Assembly: GCA_902464635.1 (NCBI GenBank)
Contig: CABQKC010000008.1
Coordinates: 1,521-65,520, forward strand
Direction: 5' to 3'
Source: an uncultured Bacillales bacterium
GTDB lineage: Bacteria; Bacillota_I; Bacilli_A; RFN20; CAG-826
DNA length: 64,000 nt
The translations under genes and the position numbers were made by a program. Shown here in pieces: positions 1-7,404 of the stretch (positions are counted from its first letter, which is position 1; every line of letters starts with the position of its first letter). The notes below the pieces were generated by a model. The model searched no databases and was not told where the DNA came from. It saw only the letters and a program-made list of their open reading frames with translations.

Positions 1-1
1 G

Positions 2-496
2 AAATTATTAACTGATTTTTCTATCCACCTAAGAAACAATGTAGATGCCTCTACTTATGATACGATTCCTTTTTCGCGCGAATTATCTAATATCCTTAAC
101 TATATAGAATTAGAAAATGCAAGAAAGAATAAGAAAGTAGATGTATTGTTTGATATAGGCGATTTTGAATTTGATTTGCCAATGCTTTGCTTAGAACCTT
201 TTGTAGAAAATGCCTTCAAATATTCTAAAGTCGAAGATAAAGAAAATGGTTATATCCAAATAAAGACATATAAAGACAAGAAGAATTACAATGTCTTGAT
301 TTCAGATAACGGGATTGGCTTTGATAAATCAAAAATAAAACCTAATTCAGTCGGAATTAAAAATGCGAAAGAAAGGCTAGAGTTAATTAGCAAGGCAAAG
401 GTAAAAATCGAATCTAAAATCGGAAAAGGTACAAACGTCATTGTTTCTTTTCCTATAAATAAGAAGGAGAAAATAGATGCAGATAGTAGTTGTTGA
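2..496 (+). CDS. Sensor histidine kinase, C-terminal part (5'-truncated by window edge), LytS/YesM (PF06580)-type with GHKL ATPase domain
   Basis: The frame is open from nt 2 with no stop. The translation contains LEPFVENAFKYS (N box), ISDNGIGFD (G1) and GKGTNV (G2). It overlaps the downstream response-regulator gene by 20 nt. Confidence 0.8.
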   Translation, partial: KLLTDFSIHLRNNVDASTYDTIPFSRELSNILNYIELENARKNKKVDVLFDIGDFEFDLPMLCLEPFVENAFKYSKVEDKENGYIQIKTYKDKKNYNVLISDNGIGFDKSKIKPNSVGIKNAKERLELISKAKVKIESKIGKGTNVIVSFPINKKEKIDADSSC

Positions 497-1256
497 TGAT
501 GAAAAAGAATCATTATATATGTTTTCGTCGCATGTCATTGATAAGGCAAATATCCAAATGCAGCTGTTTCAAAAAGATTATCAAGCTGCCTTGGATTATA
601 TTAAGACCCATGATGTCTATGCAGCATTTTTAGATATAGTCATGCCAGATATGAACGGGATAGATTTTGCTTTGAAAATAATTAAGTTGAAACCTAATAT
701 CAAAATCATATTCATAACTGGCTATTTCCAAAATATCGAAGAAATTAAATCCAAATTGAAGGATAACCTATTCGCATTTTGTTATAAGCCTTATAAAAAA
801 GAGACAATGGATAGCATCCTTGTAAAACTATTAGAAAAAGATAAGGCCAAGATATATTTCCAGACATTCTCCCATTTTGATTGCTATGTTAATGATGTCT
901 TGCTTGATTTTGACCGTGCGAAAGCAAAAGAATTACTAGCCTTGCTTGTTTATAGAAGAGGTGGCGAAGTTTTAATGGAAGAAGCCATAACCCAATTATG
1001 GCCAGAAAAAGATCCTAAATATTCCAAGAAGCTATATAGGGATGCCTTATGTAGGCTACGTCTAGCCTTAAGGAAATTTGATATAGAACATATCCTAAAT
1101 GCAAAAAGAGGAAGAATAAGCTTGAATACTAAATGGTGTTCATCCGATTATTGGGATTATCTAGATGGCAAGAATAATTCGTTCCATGGGGAATTCCTTC
1201 GTCCTTATGAATGGAGTTGTGATGAAGAAAATTATCTTTTAAGCATGGCAAAATAA
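477..1256 (+). CDS. Response regulator: receiver domain fused to a SARP/BTAD-like winged-helix DNA-binding domain
   Basis: N-terminal VVVDDE...DIVMPDMNG...IIFITGY are receiver motifs. C-terminal KELLALLVYRRGGEVLMEEAITQLWPEK...RLRLALRK plus DYWDYL resembles the SARP-type wHTH/BTAD start. Confidence 0.75.
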   Translation: MQIVVVDDEKESLYMFSSHVIDKANIQMQLFQKDYQAALDYIKTHDVYAAFLDIVMPDMNGIDFALKIIKLKPNIKIIFITGYFQNIEEIKSKLKDNLFAFCYKPYKKETMDSILVKLLEKDKAKIYFQTFSHFDCYVNDVLLDFDRAKAKELLALLVYRRGGEVLMEEAITQLWPEKDPKYSKKLYRDALCRLRLALRKFDIEHILNAKRGRISLNTKWCSSDYWDYLDGKNNSFHGEFLRPYEWSCDEENYLLSMAK

Positions 1257-1292
1257 AGACAATTAACTGGAAACAAATAAGGGTATAATCGT

Positions 1293-1327
1293 ATTAACAA
1301 ATAACATCATTGCGAATTTTGTTAACT
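1293..1327. repeat. 35-bp direct repeat, copy 1 (ATTAACAAATAACATCATTGCGAATTTTGTTAACT)
   Basis: Matches 2641-2675 at 34 of 35 positions. It contains an internal 8-bp inverted repeat, TTAACAAA / TTTGTTAA. Confidence 0.9.
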
Positions 1328-1338
1328 TTTAATACAAT
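1310..1338 (+). promoter_or_regulatory. Candidate sigma70-type promoter for the HipA-like gene, possibly giving a leaderless mRNA
   Basis: TTGCGA (1310-1315), 17-nt spacer, TACAAT (1333-1338). The ATG lies only 6 nt downstream (1345) and no Shine-Dalgarno is visible. Confidence 0.3.
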
Positions 1339-1344
1339 GGTTTC

Positions 1345-2652
1345 ATGGATACCATATTTGATTTAATACATAGGCAAAATGAACTTCCAAAAGGGAATAT
1401 CTATAAGAAGGTAATCAAAAATAATACCTATTTTTATCATCAATATAGGGAAAACGGGAAGAATTACTCTATTAAATTAAATAATGATGAAATCGCGCCG
1501 TTAAAAGAACAAATAGAAGAAAGAAAAGTAATAGAAAAGAATATAAAAGCATTACTAAAAAACGGGAATAGGGAAATTGAATTATCCACGTTTGCAAAAG
1601 AATATACTGGTTATGTAATGTCAGGGAATATCGTTGTTGCTGAATTTAATAAAGGAGTATTAGTCCCCCCTACCCATAAACTATGTCCCTTAGTGATAAA
1701 AAGAACTAATTCTATCTATGAATTCTTAAAAAGTAGATCTATAGATAGTGGAAGAACAAACTCTAGATTGCTTAGAAAAGTTTTAAACATAAATGTAAAA
1801 GACGATACATTGGTATCTTTATGTTCTTATGCCGCTTCTATTAGTGATAATTACTGGTTTAAGCCGAAACATAGCAAGCTTAAATATGAAGATATCTCAT
1901 TTAATAATGACATCTTTTTCGATACGGCTTTAAAAGGGATAATAACCATTTATCCTAAAAAGCTAATCATAACCCCCGAATTAACTACAAATGGAAGTTA
2001 TGAAAAGGGATGGAGAAATATAGATGGAAATTGGTGGTTATATAAGGTCGGGACAGTAAATGAAAGATATTCTGAAGTATTTTATTCACGCTTGTTTGAA
2101 AAGCTAAACCTGCCGACTGCCCATTATGAAATTGATGGAAATTACATAAGAACTGCTAATTTTGCTAAAGGGGTAAATTTTGAACCAATGGTATCTTTGG
2201 TTGGGGATAACGAAGATATCGAATACATTTATGACACCCTTAATAAAATCAATCATCAAATTGCCTTGGATTATCTTAGGTTAATTACCTTTGATGTAGT
2301 CTTAAATAATGTTGATAGGCATAATGAAAACTGCGGAATACTTAGAGACAAAGAAACTGGAGAAATAATTTCACTCGCGCCTAATTACGATGATAATCTT
2401 TCATTAATCAGCAGGAACACCACTTTAATCGCGACAGAGCAAGAAGGATTCTTAAGTCTATTCCTTAAAACAATAAGAAAATCCAAAAAGATAAAAGAGG
2501 GGTTAAAAGAAATCGAATTCCCTATTATTACTTCAAATTTATTAAGATCTATACATGAAGAAATCGGACTAGAAATAGAGGTTGACTTCGAAACAATCGA
2601 AAGATACATAATGTTTAGATATGAAACCATAATAAAAGCAATTAACAAATAA
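1345..2652 (+). CDS. HipA-like serine/threonine kinase-fold protein
   Basis: NGSYEKGW parallels the HipA GAQEK loop. VVLNNVDRHNENCGIL...LAPNYDDN matches the HipA_C catalytic D-x-H-x-x-N and downstream YD motifs. At 435 aa its length is close to E. coli HipA. Confidence 0.6.
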   Translation: MDTIFDLIHRQNELPKGNIYKKVIKNNTYFYHQYRENGKNYSIKLNNDEIAPLKEQIEERKVIEKNIKALLKNGNREIELSTFAKEYTGYVMSGNIVVAEFNKGVLVPPTHKLCPLVIKRTNSIYEFLKSRSIDSGRTNSRLLRKVLNINVKDDTLVSLCSYAASISDNYWFKPKHSKLKYEDISFNNDIFFDTALKGIITIYPKKLIITPELTTNGSYEKGWRNIDGNWWLYKVGTVNERYSEVFYSRLFEKLNLPTAHYEIDGNYIRTANFAKGVNFEPMVSLVGDNEDIEYIYDTLNKINHQIALDYLRLITFDVVLNNVDRHNENCGILRDKETGEIISLAPNYDDNLSLISRNTTLIATEQEGFLSLFLKTIRKSKKIKEGLKEIEFPIITSNLLRSIHEEIGLEIEVDFETIERYIMFRYETIIKAINK

Positions 2653-2675
2653 CATCCTTGCGAATTTTGTTAACT
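2641..2675. repeat. 35-bp direct repeat, copy 2 (spans the last 3 codons, the stop and 23 nt of 3' flank of the HipA-like gene)
   Basis: ATTAACAAATAACATCCTTGCGAATTTTGTTAACT, one mismatch to 1293-1327. Confidence 0.9.
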
Positions 2676-2696
2676 CAAAAAAAGAGCTTTTATTAG

Positions 2697-3515
2697 TTAT
2701 TTCCCAGCATCTTTCTGCTTGAATAAACCCTTCTCAAATATGTCAGGATAGTATTCCTTATTAATTGAAATATCGAAAATATAATTAAAATAAATAACAT
2801 CAAAAATTAACACGAATGGATTAATTAAGATAAAATACAAGAATAAACACGCAGACAAAATAACGACGTTGCTTATCAAGAAAAGAAGAATTGGCGCTAA
2901 ATTAATTAACGAAACTAACAAAACTCTAAAATAATTCTTTATAAAAACCAATAGACTGTTATGAAAATAGTCCTTTATGGAATTTGAATATACAGATATT
3001 TGATTAACTAAAACCATTAGATATGGAAAGAAAACAAAAACAAGAGTTCCAACTGCAATTCCTTTAAACGCAATGTGGGCCGTAGGAAATAAACAAACCG
3101 AAATATTAAGAAAAAATAATATAGAAAAGATAAATATCGCTAAAAGCAAAGGAAGAAAAGACTCTTTAATACCTTGCACAAGATCATCCTTCAAGAAAAT
3201 TGGTTCTTCATACGAAAGGTGTTTAAGGTTTTTCAGGATTCCACCAAGAGGAATGCTAATTATCAAGATAGAAATAGAGGCAACAAGAAAAAAGAACAAG
3301 TTAGAAACGAAAAATTGATAGTTATCATTGCTTGATAAAACAAATACACGTCTTAATACTAAAATTGCAAGGAAAGGCAATATAGATAGGAAAAAGAAGA
3401 AACCCAATAGAATAAGCAAACGCCACCGCTGCTTTATCACATCAAAAAACAACTCCACTCTATTAGAAGGAAGCGTTGAACTACTTTTTGTTTTTTGTGC
3501 TTTTTTCTTTCTCAT
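2697..3515 (-). CDS. DUF624/YesL-family integral membrane protein (module copy 1, gene 4)
   Basis: About six hydrophobic helices. The N-terminal NRVELFFDVIKQRWRLLILLG motif is typical of YesL-like proteins. Its ATG overlaps the upstream stop (ATGA). Confidence 0.7.
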   Translation of the reverse strand: MRKKKAQKTKSSSTLPSNRVELFFDVIKQRWRLLILLGFFFFLSILPFLAILVLRRVFVLSSNDNYQFFVSNLFFFLVASISILIISIPLGGILKNLKHLSYEEPIFLKDDLVQGIKESFLPLLLAIFIFSILFFLNISVCLFPTAHIAFKGIAVGTLVFVFFPYLMVLVNQISVYSNSIKDYFHNSLLVFIKNYFRVLLVSLINLAPILLFLISNVVILSACLFLYFILINPFVLIFDVIYFNYIFDISINKEYYPDIFEKGLFKQKDAGK

Positions 3516-4120
3516 ATTTCTATAATCGATTTAACAATATCAAAAATTCCATCGTGTACGGAATTATTTAATTCCCCTCCATGGAGGCTAGATGCTGATA
3601 TAAAAAGATAATAAGAGCATTCTTCATATTTTATGTAATCAATAAGACCCCCTTTCTTTGATTCAAAATCGTATATTTTGATCCCATACTTTTTGCCGTT
3701 GTTCTCAAAGAAAGAGCAAGAAGACAAATCCATATATTTATTAATCACATCTAGTTTTAGTTCAGCATATTTTGCAATGTTGGATGTAAATGCGCCTATA
3801 GCAAAAATCGATTCAGGAATAATAGTAATATCCATGCTCCCGAGTGTATTTACATAATAAGTTAAAAATGTGTTGCTATTAGATTCATAACACGAAGCCT
3901 CTATTTGATAGATATAGTCTTGTTTTCCTTTTGAAACATAATCTACAAGCCTTGAGGTATCACACTCTTTTGCGCCTATTAACATTTCGACTTTATTCTC
4001 TTTTCTTGGAGAAGAAAGGGTTGCAAAAAGAATAGAAAGCAAAACTACCATCAAAAGGCTTAGAAATATAGAAGGCAAAACCGCCTTTTTAATCTGACCA
4101 CTATAATTAATCTTTTTCAT
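3512..4120 (-). CDS. N-terminally membrane-anchored protein with external ~165-aa domain, unknown function (module copy 1, gene 3)
   Basis: The ATG at 4120 gives MKKINYSGQIKK followed by one TM helix. This ATG is embedded in the Tyr-Glu codons at the end of the upstream gene. It is a paralog of 45601-46221. The ORF-track start at 4132 is a TTG. Confidence 0.6.
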   Translation of the reverse strand: MKKINYSGQIKKAVLPSIFLSLLMVVLLSILFATLSSPRKENKVEMLIGAKECDTSRLVDYVSKGKQDYIYQIEASCYESNSNTFLTYYVNTLGSMDITIIPESIFAIGAFTSNIAKYAELKLDVINKYMDLSSCSFFENNGKKYGIKIYDFESKKGGLIDYIKYEECSYYLFISASSLHGGELNNSVHDGIFDIVKSIIEI

Positions 4121-4586
4121 AAGCCACCACAAATGAATACGAAGTAATCAGTGTTACTTCTTCTTTTTCTTTGAAAGGCAATTCCTCGAGATTGCAGTCA
4201 AAATAGACAACCCATGTATCTATTTTGTCCTTTAAAACAATTTCTAACCCCTTGCCAAAAGAAGGTAAAGACACAATGCCGCCAATTGATGAAATAACAC
4301 CCTTGCACTTTACTCTTTCACCATAATAAACGTGTTTCAAATGTTTCAGTTCTTTTTTAAAAGGAATGAACAAGCCAAACATGCACAAAGAAAACAAAAA
4401 GAATAAAATCGTAGAAATAACAATGCTTAAAGGCAAAAGGATACCCTTATTCAAATAATTAATAAAAAGAGAAAAAAGAAAAACGCATAAAAGGAATGCT
4501 AATAGCAAAGCCAAAGAAACAAGAAGAGACAATTTAGTTTTTCTGCTATATATCCTTATAAAATCTTCATATGGCACTTTAATCAT
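4107..4586 (-). CDS. 2-TM hairpin protein with beta-rich ~85-aa cytoplasmic C-terminal domain, unknown function (module copy 1, gene 2)
   Basis: Basic N-terminus, two TM helices with a 4-aa loop, then KKELKHLKH (positive-inside). From the ATG at 4586 the product is 159 aa, the same length as its paralog 46214-46693. The ORF-track start at 4601 is a TTG. Confidence 0.6.
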   Translation of the reverse strand: MIKVPYEDFIRIYSRKTKLSLLVSLALLLAFLLCVFLFSLFINYLNKGILLPLSIVISTILFFLFSLCMFGLFIPFKKELKHLKHVYYGERVKCKGVISSIGGIVSLPSFGKGLEIVLKDKIDTWVVYFDCNLEELPFKEKEEVTLITSYSFVVAYEKD

Positions 4587-5313
4587 ATTTTTCACTTTCA
4601 AAATAAGGTTTAAGCTCCGAATTTAATAATTTGCTCGCTTCCTTTGGCGTGCAACTATATTTTATTTTCCCTTCTTCAATTACATAAATGGTATCAGCAA
4701 GAGATGTCGCTTCTTTTAGAGAGTGAGTTACATAAATAACAGTAGAATCAAATGTGCGCAAAACATTTTTTAACAAATGCCTGGCGCGATTTCTATTAAC
4801 TTCGTCCAAATTGGCTAATGGTTCATCAAAAAGAGCAATTTCCGGCCTTTTAACAATTGCCCTAGCAATACATGCTCTTTGCAATTCCCCTAAAGAGACT
4901 TGCTTTGGTTTTCTGCTAAGCAAAGCAAAAATATCCAGTTGTCTAGAAACGTCATATACGCGTTGCTTTATTTCTTCCTTTTCGGCACCGGCTAATTTTA
5001 AAGGATATGCAATGCTATCAAAAAGCGTCATATGGGGATACATAGAAAAATTTTGACTTACATAAGATAGATTCCTGTCTTTTGGAGGCACCCCTTTCAT
5101 CTCTTCAGTAGAAAACAATATATTTCCCTTATACTTAAAATCTAAACCTGCCAAAAGTCTTAATAATGTGGTTTTGCCAGAGCCAGAAGATCCTAGTATC
5201 GCACTAATTTTTCCATTGCAAAATAATGCATTTAAATTATCTAGCGCTAATACATTCATTCCTTTTTCACCTTTATAGGAATAACTTAGATTTTTAATTT
5301 CAATTGTAGGCAT
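4579..5313 (-). CDS. ABC transporter ATP-binding protein, MalK/UgpC-like NBD only, degenerate signature motif (module copy 1, gene 1)
   Basis: Walker A GSSGSGKTT, Q-loop VSQNFSMYPHMT, signature position VSLGELQR instead of LSGGQRQR, Walker B ALFDEP, H-loop VTHS. There is no C-terminal regulatory domain. Confidence 0.85.
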   Translation of the reverse strand: MPTIEIKNLSYSYKGEKGMNVLALDNLNALFCNGKISAILGSSGSGKTTLLRLLAGLDFKYKGNILFSTEEMKGVPPKDRNLSYVSQNFSMYPHMTLFDSIAYPLKLAGAEKEEIKQRVYDVSRQLDIFALLSRKPKQVSLGELQRACIARAIVKRPEIALFDEPLANLDEVNRNRARHLLKNVLRTFDSTVIYVTHSLKEATSLADTIYVIEEGKIKYSCTPKEASKLLNSELKPYFESEKYD

Positions 5314-5316
5314 ATG

Positions 5317-7404
5317 CTATATTTCAACCATCACGGCTGATAATGGAGAAATCTTTATCTCGTTAGTAATTATATATTCATCGCTTAAATAATCTTTATA
5401 AATTTTATGAGGTTGTTTAAATTTAATTTTCGTTTCCGTTAATTGGAAATTAGCAATAAATTGCATTGTTTTGTTTTTATATTTAAAAGCAGATGTTTGA
5501 ACCCCTTTAACCAAAAGGTTTGTTCCATCCTCTGTCTTGAATGAAACAAAATTCGCATCTACTTCAATAGGCCTAGAAGCAACACCATAGCATAGGTAGT
5601 CTTTCCCCTTGTGTTGCCTCCAACCGTTTAAATTTTTAAGAATAGTAGTTCCTACTGCTTTGTTTACCTTTAAATCATTGCACCAAGAAAGATGCATTTC
5701 GCCATCGTCATCTATAACCATAGATAACATATCGCCACAGATAAATGAATAAGCCACTCTATAAGAATAATTATAAGGCTCGTTAGATAAAGTCATACAA
5801 ATTTGATTGCCCATAAAATTATTTACATATGTGTGATATAGATATGAATAAATAGGAAATGGCATGCCTATGTAATAGTTTAAGTTAAATCTATTATCGG
5901 AAAATTGAAGTCTACTAATAAAAGGTTCGGAAGCCGCTGATTCGCAGCCTAAAAGCAAATGGCTAGGCCTACTAATCATGTCGATCGCTTTATTGCTTTC
6001 TATTTGTTGCCACATGCCAGGTACAGGTGGGTGTCCGTGGTTAGAACTAAAACAAAAATAACAATTACCGCCGTGATTTTGATCAAGCGCTTGAATGTAA
6101 TCGACGCCAAGTTTAGCAACATTAGATATTTCATCAGCCCAAAGTTTCTTACTTTCATATTGACATGGACAAATGTCATATCCGTCTCTTTGTTGCAAAC
6201 AAATCAAAGATTTTAAGGTTCCATCGCTATTTGAACACATCAACTTAGAATAGTTATTGGATACAAAATCATCGTGACGATTGTATGTTTCTATCAATTT
6301 TGATTGTTCTGTCCATCCAAATCCAGAACAATAGACACCGACAAGGTGATCGTGCTTGTGCATTTCTAATACATAATCCGAAAAGAGTTCCTCGCCACCA
6401 AAAGGAGGGCAAACATAAGGAGGAGCCCAAGGCGCACTTCCTTCATAATGCATAAGCAATGCCATTATTTTTGAATCTGTTAAAGCAGAAAACTTATCAA
6501 TACAAGGAATAGAATTTTTATAAGGATAGAATTTATTTGGTTCCATTTTGTCAGTATCGAAATGACCCCTAATAGGAAAAATCGAAACAATTGGGGAGAG
6601 GCTATGCCAAGAAGGCAACTGTTTGTTTTTTTCTATTTCGGTTAACCCATGTATTAAATTTTGATGAAACCATTGCCTATAGAATCCCATGCCATCGTAA
6701 TAATCTCCGTCAAAAAATAACAAAACGGCATTAAAATCCATTTCATAATCTTTTCCATAATCAGAGTTAGAATATATCCTATTAACAATCTTTAGCGAAT
6801 TATCGCAGCTTTTAAAATCAATGTGTTTGGTACCTCTATTTTTATCATGGAGTCCGAAATAAATCCCGTATCCGTCTTCCATATAGCAAATAAATTGAGA
6901 ACACACCATATTTGGGAAAATTGAATATTTGCCCAAACTAGGATATTCAGGTTCTAAATATGGAAATGGAGAATTATTCCTCCGCTTCATGTTGCTAACT
7001 ATGCACCCTTCGTTATATGGGTAAAGTATTTCACCACTTCCACCATCTTCATCTTTTAGTTTTGGATTAAGGCCGAATGAGTTAAGTTCGACCCACTCTA
7101 TTACAGAGCTAGTATGGTTTTTAACCTTTATCTTTGTTGAAAACCCATCATCTTTGGGCTCAAAAAACAATAAAACATTTACATATAAGTTATGATAAAT
7201 AAATAGGTTCTCTGAAGCAGAGACAAAATCAAAATCAAAGGAAGAGATAACAAATGAAGAATTATCTTTGTTTCTTAATTTTACGGAAAAGAATGGAAGA
7301 CGCTCATATATTAGTTCGTTGCCATCCTTTTTAATAGAATTAATTGAGCAATTGATTTCATCGAAAACAACGACAAAATTGTTTTTTAAATAGTAGTTAA
7401 TCAT
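5317..7404 (-). CDS. Cytoplasmic protein of unknown family, probable glycan-active enzyme
   Basis: 695-aa intact ORF without a signal peptide. It is translationally coupled (ATGA) to the GH38 gene upstream. Cys/His-rich block QNHGGNCYFCFSSNHGHPP. I could not assign a family from memory. Confidence 0.5.
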   Translation of the reverse strand: MINYYLKNNFVVVFDEINCSINSIKKDGNELIYERLPFFSVKLRNKDNSSFVISSFDFDFVSASENLFIYHNLYVNVLLFFEPKDDGFSTKIKVKNHTSSVIEWVELNSFGLNPKLKDEDGGSGEILYPYNEGCIVSNMKRRNNSPFPYLEPEYPSLGKYSIFPNMVCSQFICYMEDGYGIYFGLHDKNRGTKHIDFKSCDNSLKIVNRIYSNSDYGKDYEMDFNAVLLFFDGDYYDGMGFYRQWFHQNLIHGLTEIEKNKQLPSWHSLSPIVSIFPIRGHFDTDKMEPNKFYPYKNSIPCIDKFSALTDSKIMALLMHYEGSAPWAPPYVCPPFGGEELFSDYVLEMHKHDHLVGVYCSGFGWTEQSKLIETYNRHDDFVSNNYSKLMCSNSDGTLKSLICLQQRDGYDICPCQYESKKLWADEISNVAKLGVDYIQALDQNHGGNCYFCFSSNHGHPPVPGMWQQIESNKAIDMISRPSHLLLGCESAASEPFISRLQFSDNRFNLNYYIGMPFPIYSYLYHTYVNNFMGNQICMTLSNEPYNYSYRVAYSFICGDMLSMVIDDDGEMHLSWCNDLKVNKAVGTTILKNLNGWRQHKGKDYLCYGVASRPIEVDANFVSFKTEDGTNLLVKGVQTSAFKYKNKTMQFIANFQLTETKIKFKQPHKIYKDYLSDEYIITNEIKISPLSAVMVEI

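Noticed and set aside
1345-2652. Calling the HipA-like gene a type II toxin of a hipBA module or a defence system.
   Set aside because: There is no adjacent HTH/HipB-like or HipS-like ORF on either side. The kinase motif resemblance alone does not establish toxin function, so I report it only as a HipA-like kinase-fold protein.
2653-2696. AAAAAGAGCTTTT between the convergent HipA-like and DUF624 genes, considered as a bidirectional terminator.
   Set aside because: The stem is only 5 A-T/G-C pairs with a 2-nt loop, too weak to call.
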